NCBI GenBank assembly: GCA_963676795.2
Contig: CAXXTB010000002.1
Span: forward strand, 896,001 to 960,000
Reading direction: 5' to 3'
Source: Geopsychrobacteraceae bacterium
GTDB taxonomy: Bacteria; Desulfobacterota; Desulfuromonadia; Desulfuromonadales; Geopsychrobacteraceae
DNA length: 64,000 nucleotides
Position numbers and translations under genes: made by a program. Shown here one piece after another: positions 9,743 through 18,599 of the stretch. Position 1 is the first letter of the stretch. Each line of letters opens with the position of its first letter. A model generated the notes under the pieces. It worked only from the letters and a program-made list of their open reading frames with translations. It was not told the DNA's origin and did no database searches.

Positions 9743-11743
9743 GTGCGCCGAGCCAAGCTCGGTCATTCTCGCAAGCTGAAAGGAGCTTGCCCTGTTAATT
9801 GCTGATTGGACAGGTAGTTGCGGTCTGTCGTGTGGAGGTAACAAAGCACGGGGAGCGAGACCGGCTTCATGAAGAAGCAATGACATGTAAATGTCGGACA
9901 ACGAAATGGTAAGCCGTAATGCGAAAGCGTGAACCGAAATGAGCTTCGTTATGCCCTTATGGATGGTCAGCCTCTCAGATTGGGTGAAGCCAGCATGGAC
10001 TGTGAAGAAATCAGCATAGGCAGCAGTCTGATCCATCGGAGTCAAAGCGGATGGCGTGCCATGAAAGAATGATTGGGAACTCGGGAGGCCCGTCAGGCTG
10101 GGAGTTGTACTCCAAGGGCCGCAAGGGAAGACATAACCTTGTAGACCCGTCTGGCGGGAGTCGGAGAGGCGAACAGTAGTGACGAAGCCCAGGTAATCTG
10201 GGTGGAGCGAAGTCGCCTCGCTATTGTCATGTTTCGAAATCAGAAGGAGAAGCCGCTTGGCTGCAAACAGCAAGCCCACTACGGAGAAGGACAGGGTAGA
10301 AATACCCGAGGCGTTTATGGTCAACCATAAGAACCTGCCGGTGCCCCTCTTCAAGCTGAGGAAGAAACTCTACATCAAAGCAAAACAGGAACCGAAGTTT
10401 CGATTCTACGCTCTGTATGATCGAATCTACCGGCAAGACGTGCTTGTGGCGGCATGGGCCCAGGTTGTCGCCAACAACGGCAGTCCTGGAGTGGACGGTG
10501 TTAGTATCGAGGAGATACAGGCCAGCCCGGAACAGGAAGCCGCCTTTCTCGAAGAGATCCATCAGGCACTCAAAGAGAAGCGCTATCGCTCGCAAGCCGT
10601 ACTACGCGTCATGATAGAGAAGGCCAACGGAGCAGAGCGCCCCCTTGGGATACCGACTCTGCGTGATCGCGTCGTACAGACCGCCGTGAAACTGATACTG
10701 GAGCCGATCTTTGAGGCGGATTTCCTCGATACATCCTATGGATTTCGCCCCAGACGCAGTGCGCACCAGGCACTGGATGCTATAACCGAGCAATTGCACC
10801 AAGGCCGGACCGCCATCTATGATGCTGACCTCAAAGGTTACTTTGACAGTATTCCCCACGACAAGCTCATGGCCTGCGTGGAGATGCGCATCACCGACCG
10901 CAATGTGCTGAAGTTGATTCGGCAATGGCTCAAGGCTCCGATAGAAGAGGGCGGCGGGAATGGAAAGCCGGGGCAACGCAAGAGAGAAGGAACTCCGCAA
11001 GGTGGAGTTCCTTCTCCTCTGCTTGCCAATCTCTATCTGCACTGGTTCGACAAACGCTTTCACCAGAAGGGAGGGCCTGCCCAATTTGCCAACGCCAGAA
11101 TCATCCGTTACGCGGATGACTTCGTCATTATGGCACGGTACATTGGCACCGGCATAACCGACTGGGTTGAAGGTATCGCTGAAGACTGGATGGGACTGCG
11201 CATAAACCGCGAGAAAACCAAGATCGTCAACCTGCGCGAACCGCAAGCCGTACTGAACTTTCTGGGGTACAGCTACCGGTACGACAAAGACCTTCGAGGG
11301 CGGGATAAGCGCTATCTCAATCTGTTCCCCAGCGAAGAATCCTGTGCAAGACGGCGAGAGAAAGTCAGACAAAAACTCTGCTCCAAGACCTCTCACGTGC
11401 CGATACCCGAGCTGATAGAGCAACTCAACCAGCAGCTCGCAGGCTGGGCGAATTATTTCAGCGCAGGCTATCCACGCAAGAGCTATCGAGAGATGAACAG
11501 TTTTGTCCAACAGCGACTGATCAAACACCTGAAACGTCGAAGCCAGCGCCCCTATCGTCCACAGAAAGGGGAGACATGGTATCAGCACCTGCATGCAAAC
11601 TTAGGACTGGTGCAGTTATAGCGGGCTTCCCTGATAGTGATGATGTGAAGGCAATAGGAAAGCCGGATGCGGGAAAACCGCACGTCCGGTTTGATGAGGG
11701 GGAGCAATCCGGCGGATTGTAACTGGTTTGCTCTCTACTCTAC
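9743..11743 (+). mobile_element. group II intron, apparently full length (about 2.0 kb)
   Basis: 5' GTGCG at 9743; domain V AAGCCGGATGCGGGAAAACCGCACGTCCGGTTT near 11660-11692; domain VI ending CTACTCTAC at 11743; candidate EBS1 CAGATT at 9976-9981 in a stem-loop. Confidence 0.93.
10257..11621 (+). CDS. ltrA: group II intron reverse transcriptase/maturase, no En domain
   Basis: PGVDG, RPLGIP..DRVVQ, SYGFRP, GTPQGG, RYADDF, FLGY, domain X GWANYF; start uncertain (TTG 10257 after AGGAG, or ATG 10317). Confidence 0.95.
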   Translation: MAANSKPTTEKDRVEIPEAFMVNHKNLPVPLFKLRKKLYIKAKQEPKFRFYALYDRIYRQDVLVAAWAQVVANNGSPGVDGVSIEEIQASPEQEAAFLEEIHQALKEKRYRSQAVLRVMIEKANGAERPLGIPTLRDRVVQTAVKLILEPIFEADFLDTSYGFRPRRSAHQALDAITEQLHQGRTAIYDADLKGYFDSIPHDKLMACVEMRITDRNVLKLIRQWLKAPIEEGGGNGKPGQRKREGTPQGGVPSPLLANLYLHWFDKRFHQKGGPAQFANARIIRYADDFVIMARYIGTGITDWVEGIAEDWMGLRINREKTKIVNLREPQAVLNFLGYSYRYDKDLRGRDKRYLNLFPSEESCARRREKVRQKLCSKTSHVPIPELIEQLNQQLAGWANYFSAGYPRKSYREMNSFVQQRLIKHLKRRSQRPYRPQKGETWYQHLHANLGLVQL

Positions 11744-11825
11744 TGGCTGATCTCTTTGTGTTTTCTGCTGCTTTGCGTGGGGCTGGGATTGCTCTGTTTC
11801 CGTGGCTGCCGTGTTTTTCGTGGAG
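11744..11825. repeat. continuation of the intergenic repeat cluster after the intron
   Basis: CTTTGCGTGGG and TTTCCGTGGCTGCCGTGTTTTTCGTGG modules like those elsewhere in the window. Confidence 0.65.
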
Positions 11826-11835
11826 AGAATCCCCT

Positions 11836-12249
11836 TCAGAAATTGTCCAGCATCTTTTTGAGTGCCTTATGGATCACGGCCTGATCCTCTTCCGAGAAAC
11901 CGGCCATCATGTCGCGGGTCAGGTTGAGGTGATGGCTGTGGTGCTGCCTGAAAACCTCCTGCCCCTTTTGGGTCAGCTCGATCAGGTAGGAGCGCCGGTC
12001 GGTTTCATGGGGGACCCGGCGCAGCAGTCCTTTCTTTTCGAGACGATCGATACTGACTGTCAGGGTTCCGGTTGTCACTCCCAGAAAACCCGCCAGCTGC
12101 TTCATCTTGATCGCCCCTTCATGACCGACGATTTCGATGGCGTGGTTCTGCGCCGTTGTCAGTCCGCTCCCTTTGACAACCCCTTCCTCCCAGGTCGACA
12201 GCTTTTCGTAGAATTCGATGATGACCTTTGCCAGTTCTTCGTTCTTCAT
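11836..12249 (-). CDS. MarR family transcriptional regulator
   Basis: wHTH with DRRS..IELT motif; GGGGAG RBS. Confidence 0.92.
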   Translation of the reverse strand: MKNEELAKVIIEFYEKLSTWEEGVVKGSGLTTAQNHAIEIVGHEGAIKMKQLAGFLGVTTGTLTVSIDRLEKKGLLRRVPHETDRRSYLIELTQKGQEVFRQHHSHHLNLTRDMMAGFSEEDQAVIHKALKKMLDNF

Positions 12250-12546
12250 CTGACTCCCCTCATTGGTAGTTTGCCCGTTGAATGGCCGCTTTCAGTCGCA
12301 AGTGGGTCTGCGTCGTCCTTTCAGGCAACTTAGCCGAAGAGCGATTCGGATACAACCCTCAGATGCTGTGGCCTTATGGTAGAGCCGTTATCCGGCGAAA
12401 GCGATCTGCCGCAGCCCCGGACTGTTCTTTTCCGCTGATCTTCATCCGTTTCCTTCTTGATCCGGTATGGTCGTTCAGGCTTTACTGGATCAGGCAGGAT
12501 CTCCTGTCGTTGATAGCTACAGAACATTTGTGACGGAGAGCGACTG

Positions 12547-13389
12547 ATGCAGACAAACGGAAAACAGGAACAAATCTACCGGCGAGTCGGCCGACGCGAA
12601 CTGAAAATCGATATCTTTGCGCCGGAAACAGCCGATCACAGCCGCACGGCGATCATCATGCTGCATGGCGGCGGCTGGGTGCGCGGCGACCGGTCGATGA
12701 TGCATCTGTTCGGTCCGTTTTTGGCCGGGCAGGGGTTTGTCGTCTTCGCTCCTGAGTATCGTTTGCTCGGCGAGGCGCCCTGGCCGGCGCAGCTTGAGGA
12801 TGTCAAGGCGGCGGTTCGCTGGGTCAGGGATAATGCGCAGGCCTGGAATATCGATCCGGACAAAATTGCCGTGGAAGGCTTTTCGGCCGGCGGCCACCTG
12901 GCGCTGATGGCGGCCGGAACAGGGGATGATCCTGCATGTCAAGGGGGCAATGATGCGGCGACTTCCGATGCAGTGAATGCCGTGATCGCCTTCTTCCCGC
13001 CGATCGAACTGACTGTCGCAGAACCGCAGGCCGGGCAAACTCCGGCTGCGGCACTGCTGGGCGCTTCTGCATCACCAGAACAGGCCCGTCTGGCCAGCCC
13101 GCTCTGCCAGGTGAAAGCGGAATACCCGCCGACCTTTCTGCTCCACGGTACCGCCGACCAGATTGTCCCGCATATCAACAGTTTGCGCATGGCGGCAGCG
13201 CTCGAAGAGCAGGGCGTTCAGGTCGAGCTGCATCTCTATCCCCGCCACACCCATGAATTCGTCCGCCTGCCGAGTATGCTGGAACTGACCCATCTGGAGA
13301 TCGGCAACTTTCTGCGCCGCATGCTGGTTGACCCGCAGAAGTATGAGCAGGAGAACCTGACACTCAACAAATTTGCTCAGAAGGGTTGA
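12547..13389 (+). CDS. alpha/beta hydrolase (HSL/BD-FAE-like esterase)
   Basis: HGGGW oxyanion motif, GFSAGG, HGTAD, His motif. Confidence 0.9.
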   Translation: MQTNGKQEQIYRRVGRRELKIDIFAPETADHSRTAIIMLHGGGWVRGDRSMMHLFGPFLAGQGFVVFAPEYRLLGEAPWPAQLEDVKAAVRWVRDNAQAWNIDPDKIAVEGFSAGGHLALMAAGTGDDPACQGGNDAATSDAVNAVIAFFPPIELTVAEPQAGQTPAAALLGASASPEQARLASPLCQVKAEYPPTFLLHGTADQIVPHINSLRMAAALEEQGVQVELHLYPRHTHEFVRLPSMLELTHLEIGNFLRRMLVDPQKYEQENLTLNKFAQKG

Positions 13390-13883
13390 GCTGTTGTTCT
13401 GAGGACTTTCAGTTCCTGACGCAGGGCCGCTCTGGCGGCCTTATCGACCAGACGGAAGAGCTGGTCATCCAATGATCTCTCGGCACCGGGCAGATGTCCG
13501 CGCTGCTTGCAGAAATGCAGCTGATGATTGGCCGCCAACTGATAGAACTCCCGGTAGAGATCGGCGTTGTTGAGCGGCCGCCCCTGACCGGAGCAGAAGC
13601 CATTGGCGATCAGGCGTTGCCGGCGCTGTGGCAATTCACATAAGGTCTGGGAATCGCTGTGGATGATCAGCTCCGTTCCGGGGGCGACCAAGGTCTTTAC
13701 GGCCCAGATCAGCGTCTGTAGTTCGAGGCGTGCGGCGTTGGTTTGCTCGAAGCGCTGCAGTTGGATTGCAGAGTTCAGCGCGACCGGATCTGGAGCTTCC
13801 GCGTCGATCCGCAGGCAGGCACCGAAGCCGATGCCGCTTTGCGGGTCGCCGCTGGCATCACAGAATAGTTTGATTTGAGGCAT
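13377..13883 (-). CDS. RNase H-like (RNase HI family) protein
   Basis: LFCDAS, TNAARLEL, HSDSQ, NADLY, RGH, VDKAAR acidic core pattern. Confidence 0.8.
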   Translation of the reverse strand: MPQIKLFCDASGDPQSGIGFGACLRIDAEAPDPVALNSAIQLQRFEQTNAARLELQTLIWAVKTLVAPGTELIIHSDSQTLCELPQRRQRLIANGFCSGQGRPLNNADLYREFYQLAANHQLHFCKQRGHLPGAERSLDDQLFRLVDKAARAALRQELKVLRTTAQPF

Positions 13884-13895
13884 GGTTTTCGTGGA

Positions 13896-14123
13896 TCAGT
13901 CCGGGTGGTTGCGCCAGACCAAGTAAAGATCTTCGACCTGCTTGCGCGCCCAGGGGGTGCGGCGAAGAAACTTGAGGCTCGACTTGATCGACGGATCGTT
14001 GTTGAAACAGCGGATCTGGATCAGCTCGCCGAGCTCCTTCCAGCCGTAATAGTCGACCAGGGCGGTAACGATCATTTCCAGGGTGATGCCATGGAGCGGG
14101 TCTTTGCTGTGCTGCTGGGTCAT
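13896..14123 (-). CDS. VF530/DUF2132 family small DNA-binding protein
   Basis: [36 protein letters not shown] signature. Confidence 0.9.
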   Translation of the reverse strand: MTQQHSKDPLHGITLEMIVTALVDYYGWKELGELIQIRCFNNDPSIKSSLKFLRRTPWARKQVEDLYLVWRNHPD

Positions 14124-14292
14124 TGCATGTACCTTTGCTTTTGAGTCGGGTCGAGTGTACGTGGCATGCTGGCCGGGGTGCAAGTGAATATGTCGCTGAG
14201 CCTGCCTGGAATCTGTTCTTGGCGTTTGCGGTTGTGCTGGTTTAAGGTCTCAGGAACTTCATTCAGAGAACAACCCCGGAAAGGAGTTCCTT

Positions 14293-15669
14293 TTGAAACC
14301 CTCAGGATTGGCTGGTTTTATCTTCGGTATTCTGGTTGCGGCCACTGTCTGGTTTGTTCCTTTTTCCGGGTTGCCAAGCGCTGCGCAGCACTGTCTCGCC
14401 TTGAGCCTGCTGGCTGTGATCTGGTGGGCGACCAACGTGACCCATCCTGGCTATACCTCGGTGCTGTTGCTCGGTGCCTATGTGCTGCTCAAGGTGGCTC
14501 CGGGCAACGTTGTCTTCGGCTTGTGGACAACGCCGATCATCTATCTGGTGGTCGGCGGTTATCTGATTGCCGCCGCGGTACGTGACTCCGGTCTCGGCGA
14601 GCGGATCGCCTTCTGGTACAGCAGCAGGTACCTGTCCAATTATCGCAGTATCATTGTCAGTGCCTATCTGCTCGGATTTCTGCTCAGTTTCCTGATTCCG
14701 CACCCCTGGCCGCGTTGCTTTCTGATCATGTCGGTCATGCTGATGATTATCAAGACGGCCGAAATACCTCATGACGATGCCGCCAATATCGGTCTGGCGG
14801 TTTTCGCCGCATCCTGTCCGACCTCGGCGATTCTGTTGACCGGAGACAGCGTGATCAATACCATCGCCGTCGGGATGTCGGGGGTCGAACTCTCCTGGTT
14901 GGGCTGGCTGTGGCAGATGGGGGTGCCGGCGATCGCCGCGACCCTGCTGACCCTGGGCCTCCAGCTGAAACTCTATACGCCGACGCAGGAGGTTCAGGTC
15001 GACCGGGAGCATTTCCGGGCAAAATTGGCGGCCAAGGGACCGCTCTCAGGGGATGAGTGGAAATGCCTGATGTGGGTCGGCCTGGCGGTGGTGCTCTGGG
15101 CGACCGACAGCCTGCACCATATCCATCCCGGCTGGATCGCTCTTATTGTCTGTGTCGGCTTGAGCCTGCCGAAACTGGGTGGCGTGCTGAACGCGAAATC
15201 CTGGAATGATGTGCCGATAGCGACGCTGTTTTTCCTTACCGCAGCGCTGGCGATCGGCAAGGTCGGCGCCTATACCGGCATGAACGAATGGCTGGCGACC
15301 ACGCTGCTGCCGGAGCAGCTGCCGCACAACCCGTTTTTGCTGGCGGCTTTGATCACCCTGGTCGCCATTATCGTCCATATGATTCTCGGCAGTGTCCTGG
15401 CGGTGATGGGGATCATCATCCCGACCTTTCTGGTCTTAAGCTCTACCGGGCTCAATCCGCTGGTGATCGCGCTGATGGTCTATATGGTTCTGACCATCCA
15501 CTACCTGCTGCCGTTCCATCACATGAATATGCTGGTCGGTACCAGCGGCGCTGTCGGCACCTATACCGACCGGCAAGTCCTGCGCATCGGCCTGCCACTG
15601 ACGGTCGTCACCTTTGTCGTTACCGTTGGCGTCATGGTCCCCTGGTGGATGGTGACGGGGTTGCTGTGA
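14293..15669 (+). CDS. SLC13/DASS family anion permease
   Basis: Multi-helix membrane protein, SGLGERIA motif, AAGGAG RBS before TTG start. Confidence 0.85.
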   Translation: MKPSGLAGFIFGILVAATVWFVPFSGLPSAAQHCLALSLLAVIWWATNVTHPGYTSVLLLGAYVLLKVAPGNVVFGLWTTPIIYLVVGGYLIAAAVRDSGLGERIAFWYSSRYLSNYRSIIVSAYLLGFLLSFLIPHPWPRCFLIMSVMLMIIKTAEIPHDDAANIGLAVFAASCPTSAILLTGDSVINTIAVGMSGVELSWLGWLWQMGVPAIAATLLTLGLQLKLYTPTQEVQVDREHFRAKLAAKGPLSGDEWKCLMWVGLAVVLWATDSLHHIHPGWIALIVCVGLSLPKLGGVLNAKSWNDVPIATLFFLTAALAIGKVGAYTGMNEWLATTLLPEQLPHNPFLLAALITLVAIIVHMILGSVLAVMGIIIPTFLVLSSTGLNPLVIALMVYMVLTIHYLLPFHHMNMLVGTSGAVGTYTDRQVLRIGLPLTVVTFVVTVGVMVPWWMVTGLL

Positions 15670-15689
15670 TCGTCAATTGGTAAATCGCA

Positions 15690-15770
15690 TTTACCACGGA
15701 GGCACGGAGAACACCGAGAAAGTCAAACCTCAAACCGTTTCGCATGCGAAGTTCACGAAGAAAGACATCG
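15690..15770. repeat. triplet repeat module left of the DUF5675 pair
   Basis: ACCACGGAGGCACGGAGAACACCGAG and CGCATGCGAAGTTCACGAAG. Confidence 0.7.
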
Positions 15771-15793
15771 AAAATCTTGAATGTCCTTTTGGC

Positions 15794-16273
15794 TTAGTCA
15801 AGTTTTGTTACCGGAGTCTCTCGAATCAATTGGAGCGCCTCTCGTTCCATATCCAGTCGTTCCTCATGGTTTCTGATATCGACTTCGATCTTTTTGAGCG
15901 CCAGAGATTTGATCTCTTCATATTCGTTTGGTGAATCGTTCATCCAGTGCAGGCTGAATTTTTCTTTCCAGAAACTGAAAGCCTCTGGTGATTTTCTCAT
16001 CTCGCTGAAAAAGAATGACGGATCATCAACCAGAATTTCGAGGAGCCCATCTTTTATTGTCTGAAACTCAGAACCGTCTCCCTGAACAAATTCTTCGGCC
16101 AGTTGTTTGAACTGCTTTTGGCGTTCGACGAGCGGCTGGCTTTCATCCTTGATCAGTTCAATTTTTTTGACAGTTTTATAATATGCGTCATCTGCTTTTT
16201 CTGACAGAGCCGATGCATGCGATGGTCCAGAGATAGCAAAAATAGTCAGGAGAATAAGAAGCAGTCTTTTCAT
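15794..16273 (-). CDS. hypothetical secreted protein (possible immunity/partner protein)
   Basis: Signal peptide MKRLLLILLTIFAISGPSHA; start overlaps upstream stop (ATGA); AT-rich. Confidence 0.75.
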   Translation of the reverse strand: MKRLLLILLTIFAISGPSHASALSEKADDAYYKTVKKIELIKDESQPLVERQKQFKQLAEEFVQGDGSEFQTIKDGLLEILVDDPSFFFSEMRKSPEAFSFWKEKFSLHWMNDSPNEYEEIKSLALKKIEVDIRNHEERLDMEREALQLIRETPVTKLD

Positions 16274-16635
16274 TTGATCCTCACTTGGATGTTGTTTGGG
16301 GTTGATATCGCACTGATAATTGACGTGAGTGTGGACGATGAATTCAGTATCTGATTTCCGTTTTTTGATTTGCCAACCAGAATGCAGCCGGATGTATCCT
16401 TGAGAGTGTTGCCTGCATGGATTTCGATGTAGGTTCTGCCGGACACATCTAATAGAATCACTTTTCTGCCGAATTTCGGACTGTTGTAAATTTGGGCGGT
16501 ATAGGTTCCTTTGCTGATTTTTCTTGTTTCAGGTTTCAGTGTTACACCTTTTTTGACTCCATTGACGCTGATCGTTCCGAAGACAATAGAAGCTGGATTT
16601 CCGGCATTATCTCTGCTGATGACAATCTCATCCAT
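16270..16635 (-). CDS. DUF5675-like small protein (L,D-transpeptidase-like His/Cys motif)
   Basis: GTY..SPKFG..V.GR..IEIHAGN..DTSGCILVG; no signal peptide. Confidence 0.8.
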   Translation of the reverse strand: MDEIVISRDNAGNPASIVFGTISVNGVKKGVTLKPETRKISKGTYTAQIYNSPKFGRKVILLDVSGRTYIEIHAGNTLKDTSGCILVGKSKNGNQILNSSSTLTSIISAISTPNNIQVRIK

Positions 16636-16792
16636 GATGTTTTCCCCGCCTCGCTGATAAGATATTTATTGTTTAAACAATGGTTTAGTTATCGCTAATT
16701 AGATTATCAGGGCAGGGATATATGTCAAGCAGCTGTAGCTTTTCAGAATGCTCTGGCGGGGAGGTCATGGTTCGTAATATTCGAAAAACTAT

Positions 16793-16867
16793 TTTCACCA
16801 CGGAACACGGAGAACACAGAGAAATCAAACGTGTTGTTATGACATTCCTCTGTGTTCTCCGTGGTTC
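16793..16867. repeat. triplet repeat inverted pair right of the DUF5675 pair
   Basis: TTCACCACGGAACACGGAGAACACAGAG ... CTCTGTGTTCTCCGTGGTTCA. Confidence 0.75.
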
Positions 16868-16877
16868 AATTATGGTT

Positions 16878-18599
16878 TCATTTTGTTGATTTTGGATAAA
16901 GATCCGCTAACGCATGATTCCGATCTACCTGTTTCTCCTGCTGCGTTATCCAGCTTTTCAGGGCCACTTCCAGCCTGCTTGCGTCCCAGGCCGAAGAATC
17001 TGGCGCATAGAGAGCCTGATTCAAACGTTGCAGTTCTTCAGCAAGTTCTGTCGAAACTCTCTCCTGCAGTTGTTCCAGATTGATCACTTTTTCTTCCGGC
17101 CAGTGGCTGCCAGACCAATGGATGAAAGCTTCGCGAATCGTTTTGGGATCGCTGCCTTTTATTGCAAGCCTCAGTTTCTTCAGAGCCTCCTTTTCAGTCC
17201 CTGTTGCAAGCTGTGGTGCTTCTGCTTGCACTGCCGCGAGGGGGCGCCTGCGGGCGGAGCGCCACCAGAGCAGCAGGGTGAGAAGCCAGCCAAAAGCCAG
17301 AACCAGGCTGATCCAGGGCCAGTAGCCGGCACTGGTGACTGGCGGGCTGGTTTGCTCCGCTATCGCTGCTGGTTGTGCCTGCGTTTGTTCCACGGGCTGT
17401 TGTGGCTCAACTGCCTGTGGAGTTGGTTTTTGTGGCTGTGGAGCGGCGACAACTGCGCTACCCGGCGCGACCTCGACGGTCAACGCGGGGATGCGGGCAG
17501 TGCGCAGGGTGTTGGCGCTGGTGTCATACCACTCAAGCTCCAGCCCCGGTAGGGTCACTTTGCCCGCCTGCGTCGGTACCACCGCGATCTTCTGACGCTG
17601 GATGCCGGTCAGCCCACCAGAGACCTTGACGTCGTTGCGCGAAGGCTGATCAGGGTAGCTCTTCCACCCCTGCGGAACCGGGATGTTCAGTTCGGGCAGA
17701 TGCGCGGCCGGTAGGCCGCTGGCGGTCAGGGTGATGGTCCGGGTCACCGGTTCACCGACCTTGAACTTAGGCGGCGTGTCCTGCCAGCTGTCCTGCAGGG
17801 TCAACTGGCTGGCCGGAATCCAGTTGGTTCCGGTACCGGCCGGCTTTTCGGTGACCGTAATAGCAATCTCGTCGCTGAAGCGCCGCAGGGTCCGCACCGG
17901 CGTTCCGAAATTGCTGAAGCGGGAGGCCTCGCCGACCTGGGCCTGCAGGGTCAGAGCGGGGATCGTCAGCGTTCCGGCCTGTTCCGGGTAGATGAGGTAG
18001 CGGCGTTCGACGACGTTATAGCGGTAGCCGTCGCGCTGGATCTGGTAGCTGCTGTCTTCGCCGACCTGCTGGATGCTGGCCGGCACCCCTTGCAGATCGA
18101 CATCGCTCAAGCTGGCCCCGGCCAGGTTGACGCGATGGAGAACCTTGAGGGTCAGCTGGATCTGCTCACCGACGACGACCTGTTCTGGCTCGGCGCTGGC
18201 GAGCAGGAGCAGTTCATCCCCGCGGGTGGCGACCTGCTGCTGTTCGCTGACGGTGATCGGCAGCGCGGCGCTGCAATCCTGGCCGAAACAGACGGCCGGA
18301 ATTTTGACCTCGCCGCTGCGTTTCGGCATCAGGGTCAGGTTGATGCTTTTCGAGCGGCTGAGATGGCCGTTGATGATCTGAGTCTGGCTGCTGCTTGAGC
18401 GGCTTAAAATGTCCCAGTCCCTGTTCAGGACCGACAGGTCGGGATCGTCGGAACTTTTCCCCTCGATCCGGAGTTCCAGGTTGAGGCTTTCGCCGGCGCC
18501 GATCCGGTCGCGATCGGCAATCGCCGAGACATCTGCAGCCAGCAATGGCTGGGCCAGGCTCAGCAGCAGAGTGCAAAGAATGAAGACGTGTCTTACCAT
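16878..18599 (-). CDS. batD: BatD family protein
   Basis: Signal peptide, SSSQTQIING, repeated G..TIP motifs, C-terminal TM; last gene of MoxR-vWA operon. Confidence 0.85.
   Translation of the reverse strand: MVRHVFILCTLLLSLAQPLLAADVSAIADRDRIGAGESLNLELRIEGKSSDDPDLSVLNRDWDILSRSSSSQTQIINGHLSRSKSINLTLMPKRSGEVKIPAVCFGQDCSAALPITVSEQQQVATRGDELLLLASAEPEQVVVGEQIQLTLKVLHRVNLAGASLSDVDLQGVPASIQQVGEDSSYQIQRDGYRYNVVERRYLIYPEQAGTLTIPALTLQAQVGEASRFSNFGTPVRTLRRFSDEIAITVTEKPAGTGTNWIPASQLTLQDSWQDTPPKFKVGEPVTRTITLTASGLPAAHLPELNIPVPQGWKSYPDQPSRNDVKVSGGLTGIQRQKIAVVPTQAGKVTLPGLELEWYDTSANTLRTARIPALTVEVAPGSAVVAAPQPQKPTPQAVEPQQPVEQTQAQPAAIAEQTSPPVTSAGYWPWISLVLAFGWLLTLLLWWRSARRRPLAAVQAEAPQLATGTEKEALKKLRLAIKGSDPKTIREAFIHWSGSHWPEEKVINLEQLQERVSTELAEELQRLNQALYAPDSSAWDASRLEVALKSWITQQEKQVDRNHALADLYPKSTK

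Noticed and set aside
10257..11621. Retron, DGR or defence-associated RT
   Set aside because: Clear group II intron boundaries, domains V/VI and a maturase X domain; no TR/VR pair or msr-msd seen
12255..12330. c-di-GMP-I riboswitch upstream of marR (minus-strand GGGCAAAC)
   Set aside because: The GNRA-capped P2 and the GACGCAAAG/P3 elements do not follow
12398..12446. Region of a 23-codon minus-strand ORF MKISGKEQ... with an AAGGA RBS
   Set aside because: Too short, no motif and no other support
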